64,000 nt of DNA, from assembly GCF_009914755.1 (NCBI RefSeq), contig NC_060929.1, one strand, 5' to 3'. How positions within the stretch are numbered: position 1 is the first letter of the stretch; each line of letters opens with the position of its first letter. The stretch comes from the human T2T-CHM13v2.0 reference genome, Homo sapiens. The notes below the pieces were generated by a model that ran no database searches, was not told the DNA's origin, and was given only the letters and a program-made list of their open reading frames with translations. This document shows, piece by piece, positions 27,318-40,148 of the stretch. The position numbers were made by a program, and so were the translations under genes.

Positions 27318-28018
27318 GCCAGGCAGAGGCGCTCCTCACATCCCAGATGGGGTGGTGGCCAGGCAGAGGCGATCCTCACATCCCAGACGGGGCAGCCGGG
27401 CAGAGGTGCTCCCCACTTCCCAGACGGGGCGTCTGGGCAGAGGCGCTCCTCACTTCCCAGACAGGGCAGCCGGGCAGAGGCGCTCCCCACTTCCCAGCGG
27501 GGCGGCCGGGCAGAGATGCTTCTCACTTCCCAGACAGGGCGGCTGCTGGGCAGAGGCACTCCTCACTTCCCAGACGGGGCGGCTGGGCAGAGGCGCTCCT
27601 CACTTCTCAGACGGGGCGGCCGGGCAGAGGCGCTCCTGACTTCCCAGACGATGGGCAGCCAGTCAGAGGTGCTCCTCACTTCCTAGACGGGGCGGCCAGG
27701 CAGAGACGCTCCTCACATCCCAGATGGGGTGGCGGCCGGGCAGAGGCGCTCTCCACCTCCCAGACGGGGTGGCCGGGCAGAGGCGCTCCTCACTTCCCAG
27801 ACAGGGCGGCGGCCAGGCAGAGACGCTCCTCACCTCCCAGACGGGGTGGCGGCTGGGCAGAGGCGCTCCTCACTTCCCAGACGGGGCAGCCGGGCAGAGG
27901 CGCTCCTCACATCCCAGACGATGGGCGGCCGGGCAGAGGCACTCCTCCCATCCCAGATGACGGGTGGCCAGGCAGAGACGCTCCTCACTTCCTAGACGGG
28001 GTGGCAGCTGGGCAGAGG
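27318..28018 (-). repeat. SVA VNTR, GC-rich ~37-42 bp units
   Basis: Repeated gggcagaggcgctcctcacttcccagacggggcggcc variants. Confidence 0.95.
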
Positions 28019-28399
28019 CTGTAATCTTAGCACTTTGGGAGCCTAAGGCAGGCGGCTGGGAGGTGGAGGTTGTAGGGAGCCGAGATCATGCCACTGCACT
28101 CCAGCCTAGGCAACATTTGTGCATTGAGTGAGCGAGACTCCGTCTGCAATCCCAGCACCTTGGGAGGCAGAGGCGGGCAGATCACTCGAGGTCAGGAGCT
28201 GGAGACCAGCCCAGCCAACACAGCGAAACCCCATCTCCACCAAAAATACAAAAACCAGTCAGGCGTGGTGGCGCATGACTGCAATCCCAGGCACTCGGCA
28301 GGCCCAGGCAGGAGAATCACGGGAGCCCGAGGCAGGGAGGTGCAGCGAGCCGAGATCACGGCAGTACAGTCCAGCCTCGGCAACAGAGGGAGACCACAG

Positions 28400-28547
28400 A
28401 AAGAAAGAAAGGGAGAGAGGGAGGGAGGGAGGGAGGGAGGGAGGGAGGGAGGAAGGAAGGAAGGAAGGGAGGGAGGGAGGGAGGGAGGGAGGGAGGGAGG
28501 GAGGGAGGAAGGGAGGGAGGAAGGGAGGAAGAAAGGAAGGAAGGAAG
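28400..28547. repeat. Polypurine (GGGA)n/(GGAA)n microsatellite at SVA 5' end
   Basis: About 150 nt of only G and A on the + strand. Confidence 0.95.
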
Positions 28548-28550
28548 ACT

Positions 28551-28835
28551 CTTTTATTTTCTTTTGAGACAGGGTCTTGCTCTGTTGCCCAGGCTGGAGT
28601 GCAGTGACATGATCATAGCTCACTGCAGCCTCCAGCTTCTGGGTTCAAACCATCCTCCTGCCTCAGCCTCCTGAGTAGCTGGCACTACAGACATAGGCCA
28701 CCACACCCAGGTAATTTTTTATTTTTATGTTTTTGGAGAGACAGGGTCTCACAAGGTTGTTCAGGCCTCAAGCAATCCTCCCACCACAGCCTCCCAAAGC
28801 ACTGGGATTGCAGGCTTGCATCACCGTGCCTGGCC
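28551..28835 (-). mobile_element. AluJ with internal deletion; its A-tail was the SVA target
   Basis: gagacagggtcttgctctg...atcatagctcactgcagcctcc...ccgtgcctggcc; degenerate TSD agaatgtcgct (26699) / aggatgtcact (28836). Confidence 0.9.
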
Positions 28836-29197
28836 AGGATGTCACTTCTGAAACTGAGGGCTGTGACTTTCACTTTGCATTCTTTCACTCTCATTCTCTT
28901 TCTCAGCATTTGCTCTGGGGGAAACAAGCTGCCATGCTGTGAGCAGCCCACTGGAGAAGCCCACGTGACAAACTGAACTGAAGCTTCCAGCCAACAGCCA
29001 GGGAACCTGAGTTGGGAAGTGGGCCCTCCACGAGTCAAGCTCTTGGATGACACCTTGACAGCAGTCTCATGAGAGACCCTGAGCCAGAACCACCCAGCTA
29101 AGCTTCTCCTGGATTCCTGACCCACAGAAACTGAGAGATAATACATGTGTGTTTTCTTGAGCTGTTTTTTGTTACACGGCAGTAGATAACTAATACG

Positions 29198-29312
29198 GTA
29201 TAAATAGTAATGGTACCTGACTGCAGGCTCTCAGTAAGGAGCGAATAGGCAAGCGCAGGTAGAGCTCCTAGCACAGAGCACGGCACATAGTAAGTTCTTA
29301 TGAATATTAGTT
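29198..29312 (+). mobile_element. MIR 3' half
   Basis: atagtaatggtacct...ctagcacagagcacggcacatagtaagttcttatgaatattagtta. Confidence 0.65.
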
Positions 29313-29414
29313 ACAATAGAGAATATCTGCTTCCCGCAAGTGCCTCTAAAGGAGCGAGTCTGGTGGTATCATTGTGGGCACATAGCAAGTTGTATGTAGA
29401 GAGTCGAGGGTGCA

Positions 29415-30186
<772 letters not shown>

Positions 30187-30269
30187 ACAGGATTCCTCCT
30201 TGGTCTCTGAGCCTTCTCTTCCCCAGTCAAGGCTGTTCCCTGTTCCTCCCACCAAAGAATTCCTTTCCA

Positions 30270-30652
<383 letters not shown>

Positions 30653-31681
30653 TCAGGCTGAGATAGGAAATCTTGACACTGTATTCCCACAGGACTGAAT
30701 TTAATAAGTGAAGATTTTGGTTCTCACACATTCCGCAACACTTCAGGAAAACAAACAACATATCCTCCCCACATCTCTAACACTGATAGCAGCATGAAAA
30801 TTCCTACTTCCTGTTCCAGTAGCTACGAAGTTGCTCACATGAGAAAAGGTGAATTATTCAGTGCGGTGTTTAACTAGCATTTAATATTTGATCAATTAGC
30901 AATTGATCCGTTTCCTAACAGTAGGATGTCCCTGGCTGCTGTCACAGGATGAATGAGGCTCGTTTCAGAAGGTGGCTGTGGGTGTGGGCTCGCGTGTATG
31001 CAAGTGTGTGCACATGCATGTGCAAGGGGAAGAGGTGCACACACACACCTGTGACCTGTGCATGAAACACAGAAGCACAAGCAGCCCGTGTTGAGAGTTG
31101 AGGAGAGCGAGGAGAGCAGGGCTTCACAACTTAGCAGAGTAGACGCCTCCCTGGGAATCCCCTGCCTTGCCAGCTGAGCACCCACAGGGCCACCTATGCC
31201 CAATCAGCTTGCATCACTGCCACCCCCACCATGGCTTTGGCAGCACCATGTGGGCACACAGCACAAAACTAGCATAGGATCAAAGCAACAAGTGATCCAA
31301 ACTTGGGGGGCTCAGGGAAACCTCTACTCCCAGATGTCCTGTAGGTTTTGACTCAGGACCAGTCCTTGGCTCCCACCTGCAGCCAAGCCAGGACTGTGGA
31401 AGAGTTTAAGATCTGATGTAAATGTTCTTTGTCCCAACAAAGGAATTAATGAATCACCCTCAGATGGATTGTCTCCTGCTTTGCCAATTGTCACTTGTAG
31501 GAAACTGAATACTTGCTTTGATCTTCAGTTTCTAAAATGAGAATGTTACCTACAAAACCAGTCCCCCCCAGAAAATGAGGTCTTTCCCTCTTTGGTGCCA
31601 CAAAGCCAATACACAGATCCAAAAGTGAGCATCAAGCAATACAGGCTTTATTTCATGGCTGTAGAACTGAGAAGCAGGAGG

Positions 31682-32298
<617 letters not shown>

Positions 32299-34029
32299 GA
32301 ATTGAGAAGCAGGAGCTTGGCTTACAAATCAGCTTCTTGACTAGTGAGGGGTGAGGGAGTTAAAATATAGACACCAGGTAAGAAGAACACTGCAAAAAGA
32401 GGAATGCTACTCCTGACTCATTAGGGAGAAGCCTGGGCATCACACAGACACACAGGCACACATATGCACATACATACATATATACACGTACTCATGTATA
32501 TATACACACATACACTTCAGGAATCTCTCCAGTTGAGCACAGCTCATCTTGGGAGCTAAGAGCCAGTAACTACTCTGAAAGAGGCTGTCTCTCACAGGTA
32601 CCTTCCCAGCTTCAGCTCAAGGCTCCTAGATGGGAAAAGGGCTGCAGAGAGGAGGACTTCTGATCAAACATGGCCCAGGACCTGGCCACATTGTCAGAAC
32701 CCTCCTGCCACCTTCCCCTATTTCTGAACAACAGCACAAGTCAAATGTGCTGCTTAACAAACCAAAAGTGGCACTTTTATATCAGAATGAGGCTTTATAA
32801 GTTTCTGTGCCTCTCCCACTGTGAAGCAATTTTGGCATATCCATTTACTTGTCCCAAACTGTGAAAAGAACTGGGGCTTTTGTTGGTTAGGTATTATTAA
32901 ACACAACCATCAGCACCTCCCATATATGTCACTGATTGAGATAAATGACACTATTTTTTACTTAAAAAAAAATCTACACTTAATGAAGTCTCTTTGGTGC
33001 CAACATCTCAGCAGTAGAGATAAATGAGAAACAATTTCTTGGTATCTGTTCTTTTAAATTACAGACATAAACCCTGATGCCATTTTCAAGGTTTATTGAA
33101 TTTTCATAGACTATCATCAGCTTCGACATTCCACACATGTAGTAGAAACCTGATCTCAGACAGGTTTGATGGCCTCCTTTTAAAGCCTCAACGAGAATGA
33201 GCCTCATATCCTAGACTCCCCAAGAAACCTTCCGGAAACTTCTAGGCTCTCTTGGGCAGACCAGGAGAGAGATAGAGAGGGAGAAGAGAAATCTGCAGAA
33301 GGAAGAGAAGTGGAGGAGGGGAACAACCAGAGGGGGTCACTGCTTTCCTCAACTCTTTCCCCAGCATGGAGGCTCATCTGTCCCTCTCCAGCCTCCCAGC
33401 TGAGCAGGGCATCATTTCTGAGTGGCTGGCTGCCCAGCTGACTTCTCCCAAGCCTCACTTCCCTTTTGGATATAACTTCCATGGAAAACTAGACCCACCA
33501 GCTACTTGACTATAGCCTGGAGTAAACACTTAGTGAGAAGGCATTTTGACACCATAAATCCTCATGGAGTCTCTCTCCATCCTCACTCCTGGGCAAGTCC
33601 CTCCAGACTCCTGCGACCTTCCTCCAGCTGCCACAGCTGACCTGGCACATCCCACATTCGACACTGTGACCTCCAGGGGTCACCAACAGACCAAGAGAAG
33701 CTGGCGCATAAGCTCGTGGATCACCAAGGGAGGTGGTCACAGAGAAGGTACTGCTATCCCTGTGCAGGGAAGCTGAAGCCTAGAGAGGCTAAGCTGACAC
33801 AGTGTGGCCACACTGTAGGAACACTGGTGGCTTCCACAAACTGGATCACAAATAAATGGAAGGAGGTCACGAAGTTCCAGGCACACTTGCTCAGGAGCAA
33901 CCTCTGTTCCTAACTATCTGAAGGCCCCAAGCTGCCAGAGCCTGCAGAGACTTCTGGTGTATGGATACGTCTGCATGTACACCCAGGCTCGTGTCTGTAG
34001 GTAGGCACACATGCGTGGGTGTGCACGTT

Positions 34030-34330
34030 CATTTGACAGATGTTTATTGAACACCCTGTGTGTGCCAGATCCTGGGAATTCAGCAGTAAACCAGACAGTG
34101 CTGGTCCCCTCAGAGTGTATCGTCTAGAACGGGAGATGAATAGTAAACAAATAAATTTAAAAGAAAAGTAGGTAGGAGTCCTAGTCAGAAAGTAATGGCA
34201 CCATCAGACCTGCTACTTGGAGGGGGGGCTATTGATTAAAGTGTGTGTAAGGCAGTACTTAAGGAGGAAGCAGTGACCTCTAAGCCTGAGAGTCAAGGGA
34301 AGGGCAAAGTTTCTGGAATGCTGGGAGGGG
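34030..34330 (-). mobile_element. L2 LINE fragment
   Basis: cattt...atgtttattgaacacc...gtgccag...cagcagtaaaccagaca...aggaagcagtgacctctaagcctgag. Confidence 0.55.
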
Positions 34331-34394
34331 AACAGCATAGAGAGAACCCCCTGACGGGGGCTGAGGCCTTCCTCAAAGGGACACAGGGGTCAAT

Positions 34395-34590
34395 GTATAA
34401 ACACGCCCATCTCTCTTTCTTTCCACCCTCCAGTCTCTGGCCTGTGCCCGCACTGAATGAACACAACAGGATGCTGGAGGCAAGGGAGCCCCGTGGTGTG
34501 GCCCATGCATGGGAGCTTCCCAGCCCAGAGCAGGTGGCGAGGGGTGCAGAGTCTGGAGGGATGAGTGGACAAGCCAGATATAGAAAGACA
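34395..34590 (-). mobile_element. ERVL LTR33-like fragment
   Basis: ccctccagtctctggcctgtgccc...ggaggcaagggagccc...cagagcagg. Confidence 0.45.
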
Positions 34591-35451
34591 AAGTATTGCT
34601 GGGCAGCATGGGGCACAGCAATAAGATTAATGGGAGGGAGGTCAGGAAGATCTTTCCAAAGAGTGACTTTTTTCAGGAGAGAGGATGAGAAGGATGAGCT
34701 GAGGACCCTGGAGGCAGGCATGTGGTGTGTGAGGAGGCTCAGGGTAGGAGAGGGCTGGAGGCAGCGGCGGCAGCAGCTCCCACAGGCCCAGAAGAAGGTG
34801 GTAAGAGTCCAGGCTTCATTCTGAATGTGATTAGAGCCCACTGGCAGATTTTAGAAAGAGACAGTAAAAGGGTGACGCCCACAAAGATGTGAATGGGATA
34901 GGAGGCAAATGGCATCCAAATTTAGGCAGCTGGAAAGCAGATGGGTAAACAGTGACTGACATAGCCGACCAGGGAAAGCCAAGGCGAAGCCAGCAGTGGA
35001 GAAGTCTGGAAGCAGCTGATTTGCAACCTCCTCAATGCCACCCGGGCTCTGGAATGAGAGGCCCAAGTGCCTGTGAGAGGTGGGGGAAGGTGGCACTGCA
35101 CAATGAGGGGCTGCTGGAAATCTGTGGAAGAAGCACTGGATCCCCAGTGCCCTCCTTGCTTTGTACAGCTGAGAGCTGCTCACCACACCCACCTCCCCAC
35201 TTGTCTCTGGCAGGCTGGAAATTTGCCCTCAAGACAGGCTGGTCCCCAAGGGCTGCTTTCTGGGACCCCAGGCCCAGCTGAGTGCAGGGCTCATCCTAAA
35301 GATAAATGAAGTGGAAGTCTACTTACCAAATGGCAAGAGTCCCAGCCCCTCTCCTTGCCTAGTTCTGATAACCTTGGTGACCTGGCTCACAGGAAGATTA
35401 CAACCTCAAGAAAAGAGACTTATAGATACAGACAGACAAGGTTCCCCCTTT

Positions 35452-35808
35452 CTGGTGGGTTGTCATGTCCACTCAGAACCTCAGAATGTGACCTGCTTTG
35501 GAAAGAGAGTCTTTGCAGATATATTAATAGTTGAGGTAAAAACCAAGACGGGATCATATTGGGTTAGGCTGGTCCCTAATCCAATGAGAATGTCCCTATA
35601 AGAGACAAAAAATGGACAGAGAGAGACATGGGGAAGGCAGTCGTGTAAAGACAGAGGCAGAGACGGGAGTTGTGCTGCCATGACCCAAGGACACTAGGAG
35701 CCACCAGCAGCTGGAGGTGGCGGCCCTGCCTGCACCTTGATTTCAGATTTCTGGCTTCCAGAACTGTTTATAGTCATTTGTTGCAGCATTTTTAGGAAAC
35801 TAAAGATA
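35452..35808 (+). mobile_element. MaLR LTR (MLT1B/C-like), internally deleted
   Basis: acctcagaatgtgacc...tttggaaa...gtctttgcagat...gaagacagaggcagag...caccttgatttcagatttctggcttccagaactg. Confidence 0.75.
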
Positions 35809-38154
35809 TGATACCCCTCAAATCCAATTACCCTCTGCAGTGAAGCCCACTGCTAGACAGAGCACAGGCGTGCACACACATCACACACACACACTCTTCT
35901 ATTCCAAGCTTTAGTGCCTCACTCTTAAATATATGCACAGCTCTGCAGAGCTGTAATTTAATAGGATACTCAACTTTTTCCCCAAGGGAGTGGGGCACAG
36001 AGTTCAGACAGCACTGAGGTCTTCTTCCTCCTTGCTGCGCTGCTGCCTGGGCTTGCTTCTCACCCGAGGAAGGAGAGAGAGCGTGAGCCTCCATAAGCAG
36101 CATAGCCTCTCTTCCCTGCCTCCCTCCCGTAAGAGCCAGGGACAGCACTCCCCAGAGCCCAGAAAATCCTGGCAGCCTACCCACTGGCTGCCACCCCTTA
36201 CTGGCCCATCTCCTACAGCACAGCCCCCATCAGGATAAGCGTACCCTGGCAGCTCTGTAGAAGATGCAGAGGCCATACCCTGGGGCCACAGGGATGTGAG
36301 GGACCCATGGGGTCTGCAGTATCTGTCCTCACTTTCCTCTGTTTGTGTACACTGCCTGGGCCTAGAGACTGCCCCGTCCTGGACTCACACAGATCCCGGA
36401 GGCCTGAGCTCCATCCCCGGCTGAGGGGGTGAGAGGCCATAAGGCAGCCCCTGGCCCTGCCGGAAACCCAGAAAGCCAACGTCACACTCCCCAGGTACTG
36501 CTTTTCCTTCCAGAATAAGGTGTAGTGTCCCTTTCAGCATCTGCAAGGTGAGAGGCTAGCCCTCCCTGGCTTCAAGCTTTAGGCTGGAGCCCCTTGTCCT
36601 CCAATCCCTTCTCCAACCGCTCAGCCCTCCAGGTGGGGGAGCAGCTCCAACCTCAGAGGGCTCCATAGTTCTGCCTACAGGATGCCACCCCCTTCTGGAC
36701 ATACCCTGCTCAGAATCCCCAAGCAGAGAGACAGAGAAGGAGCAAGTGCAGACACCTTGCTCTGGCCTCTCAGGCCCCCTGTGATCTGACCTCAAAGGCA
36801 CTGGCCCCTCTTCTTGCACCCCATGCAAGACAGCCTGGATCACTCCTAACGTTGTCGTCTTTTCCTATCTCTGAGCCTTTGTCCTTGCCACTGCCTCAGC
36901 CCAGAATGCCATTCCCCTTCCTGTTTATCAACCCTGCCCATACTTCTAGTAAGAAGTGGCTCAGCTCCAGCCCCTACTCTTAGTCCCCAACACCCCTATG
37001 ATTTTTCTTCGATTCACTGAGATTAGGACTTGCTGAGGCCCAAGCTGTGTACTTGGTCTGGGAACACAAAGACTTAAGGATGAGACTCCTGAAGTGGCGC
37101 TTGAACCACATAATCCCATGAGCCGATTCTGTTTCCTCCACTGGACTGTGAGCTCCTTGGGGGAGTTCCCTCCCTGCTCAGCACACACAGCCACCCTCAG
37201 GGAAATGCAGCAGCTACTTCATGACACACATGGTGAACACACAGGTGGAAACATGTCCACAGACTCCCTGATGGCCAGCACTACAGTCTGCAGAGACACA
37301 GCTGACCGCATGCCCTACTTTGCAGATGGGAAATGGTCCTTTGAGAAAGGAGAAGAGGCTCCTGGGGGGAGAAAAGCCCAAAGCACTCCTCCAAGGATAA
37401 AAAGGATGGAAAGTGGAGCCTTGAACTTAGATCCCTTGGGGCCCGGAAGCCTGGGTTCGCATCAAGTCAGGTTCTTCCCTGCCCTGCCCTATCCTCAGGC
37501 CTGCAACACACACCCTAATCTCATTCTTGCTCTCAGACTTTTCCCTCCTCTTCTTCATAACTTGCCCCACTTCCTCCAGAAGCCGTCTCCAGCTCACTCA
37601 GTCCCAGTCCAGGCAGATCTTGCCATCTGCTCGTCCTTACAGTAAGCTTTCCAAGGCCACAGTCCTGCCCTCAAGTACAGCCAGAGCCTGGGATCCTGTT
37701 CATGACCTCAAAAGGTGGCCCAGGCAGTGGGGGAGGTGCTCGCTGGGTCCCTGGGTGACATTTAGCCCGCCTCTCTGATCACTTGTCCTGTACATTAAAT
37801 ATTAGTACCTCGGCTCATCCAGGGTTACTGAGGCCTTTAGGTGTGCCAGGCACAGTGCTGGGTGCTGAGGGAACAGCAGAAACCAGACACGCTGCACCCT
37901 GTCCTCATGGAGCCAACAGCCCAGTTTGGAAGATGGCCAGTGAGCAAGTATGCAGAGCTCAGGGTGAGAGCCGGGCCAGTACCATCCTGGGGAAGGTAGC
38001 ACCATTTCCATTCCATGCTCTGCCTGCTCCCCCAACTTTCTTAACATGGAAGGGAAGTTGTCTGGGACCTGCAAACTACAACCCGTCCCAGCCCCACGCT
38101 CTTAGCCAACTTGGGCTCTGGTAGGTGTGGGGCAGGGGGTGGGGAAGGGAGGGG

Positions 38155-38206
38155 GTATGTATGCATGCGTGTGTGTGTGTGTGTGTGTGCACATGCATGC
38201 ATGTGC
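38155..38206. repeat. Alternating purine-pyrimidine tract with (GT)n core
   Basis: 52 nt of uninterrupted R-Y alternation. Confidence 0.9.
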
Positions 38207-39949
38207 CTGTGTGCATTTTCAAATACTTTCAACTTTGCAAAATAATGACATCTCTAACATAAAAACAGAAAGCCCATCAGCTGCAATCTGCCATTATATT
38301 TTTACTGGGACCCTCGTTGATCAAGAGTGTAATCTGTAAGATAACATAAGTGCTAATAATATTTTCCAGGGAAGCATTTCTCACTGTTAAGAACACAAAA
38401 TGCTATTAGGGGGTATATTTGTTAACATTGATGAGACATAGATTACCCAGCTTCTGCAACAAGATGGGAACAGGCTGATTCTTTTCCCCTCTAAGCTGTT
38501 CAACTTCCAAAAAAAAATTAGCATAATGTGCTGAACGTTCTATACAATTCTAAGTTAATCTTAAAAACTCCTTTGTGATTCCTCTCCCATTAAAGACTTT
38601 AAATATCTTTATTCTCTTTTAATAGAGCAATTCATCAATGTATTCCTCTCAAAGGTAAGTAATATAGAAATATTAGATGGGGGCGATGGGTGACATGTTA
38701 CATAAAAAGGAAGGCTCCATCAGAATGAATACGCTAATTAATACCGTACCTGGCACTTAGTAGGTACTTAATAAATGGATATTATATTACTTGATTGATC
38801 GAAATTCCCTAACATTTATAAAATAAAGCTTTTCAATATCATGTCAAGATTTTTAAAATACGAAACGCTTTATCATCATTTCCTGTTTAATTTTGAAGTT
38901 GGGTAGATTCTCGAAGCCCTTGCGTGCGACGGGCTTTCCTGCCTGGGCTTGGATCTCAGACTTTTGACAGAGCGCCACCTACTGCCCGAGCCTCACCACC
39001 TTCTCGCAGACCCGCTATTAATAAAATCGCCGCAAGAAAAAGTAGAAAACAGTGTGTTTTATTCTCAAGCATTCAGCCAGCCCTTACTCTGTATGTGGCA
39101 GACCCTGGGGGAACAGACAAGACAAAACGCATCCCTGCTCCGAGATGTTCAATCTGCAAGAGAAATGACCAAGGAGGCAGAGCTAAATGGGGTGACATCC
39201 ACCATGGGATAAGTCACAAGACAGAAGCCCAGGTCAGCTACAGACCCCCAACACTTCCCACCAGATGACTGGCCATGAGCAGGCAAAGCCCTCTTCCTCA
39301 TCCACTCAGATCTCTTTACACACCCAACACAGCTGCCAGGTCCCTCCTGGTCCTGACCTCTGGGTGAAGTAACGGTCCTCGGCCAGCACAGTGACGATGG
39401 CTGGTCACTCGGGACTTGGATGCTGGCCATTAAAGCTGCACTGTGTGCAGGAAGACTCACAAGGAGCAAACAAAGGCTTTGGCAGCTCTCAACTCAGGCC
39501 TGCTCTCTACATCGCAAACAGGTTGTATTCCCCATGTTGGCCCGAGATACAATTAAGCTATTGATCCTTGTGCAAAATGGGCATTGATAAATCAATATGG
39601 AGCTGATGCTGTAGATAAACAGCGCGAGTCATCAGCAGGCATGGCATGTGTAAATGATTCGATACAGATTGGTATCTGGGGAAATTCTCCCTCAATATGG
39701 CCGAGAATGCCGAACGCTGTTAGGATGTGCAGCAGCTGCTTTTGCCCTAATTTATTGCTGTTGTCTTATTTACTCAACAAGAAGAGACTGAGCTCCTTCT
39801 GTGAGCTTGGCCATGTGCTCAGTCTGGGGACACAGGGACAATTGAGCCTCCCCATCACCATCCCCCATGAGTTCATGACCCAGGGCAGAGCTGGTAGAAT
39901 TCTCCCTGCCCTCTGGAAGGTGGAAGACCTGAGTCAGGGTGGTCCCCTG

Positions 39950-40148
39950 CTGAGTACTCACTATGTGCCAGGCCCTGGGCTGGACATGCTATAGACAAAC
40001 CTCTCAGTCTCCTGATGAGGACTGAGATAGAAGTTCCTGGCTCAGTTTTACTACTGAGAAAATTGAGGTATAGAGAGGTTAAGCAGTCACATAGCTAATA
40101 AGTGGTAGAGTGGGGATCTGAACCCAGTCTGCCCAGTTCTAAAGCCTA
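39950..40148 (-). mobile_element. MIR
   Basis: gagtactcactatgtgccagg...tgagaaaattgagg...agagaggttaag...gtcacatagctaataagtgg...gatctgaacccag. Confidence 0.75.

Larger units (their letters stand above)
26725..28548 (-). mobile_element. Full-length SVA retrotransposon, old SVA_A type
   Basis: Poly(A) 26725-26754, AATAAA 26759-26764 (minus), SINE-R ~26755-27281, VNTR ~27318-28018, Alu-like ~28019-28395, CT-rich head 28396-28547; perfect 17-bp TSD ctcttttattttctttt at 26708-26724 and 28549-28565. Confidence 0.96.
26565..29197 (+). mobile_element. MLT1F-like MaLR LTR split by AluJ and SVA (parts ~26565-26710 and ~28836-29197)
   Basis: ctaaaatgatccccaatgatc...ctccccttgag...ttctaataaatagag...gaatgtc continues as gatgtcacttctga...gagaccctgagccagaaccacccagctaagc...gtagataactaatac. 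Confidence 0.8.

Noticed and set aside
27318-28018. CRISPR-like or CpG-island promoter appearance
   Set aside because: Tandem units without unique spacers; this is the SVA VNTR
27241-28623. Long ORFs of 128-238 aa with repeating motifs
   Set aside because: Translations of the SVA VNTR, Alu-like domain and GGGA microsatellite, which lack stops by composition
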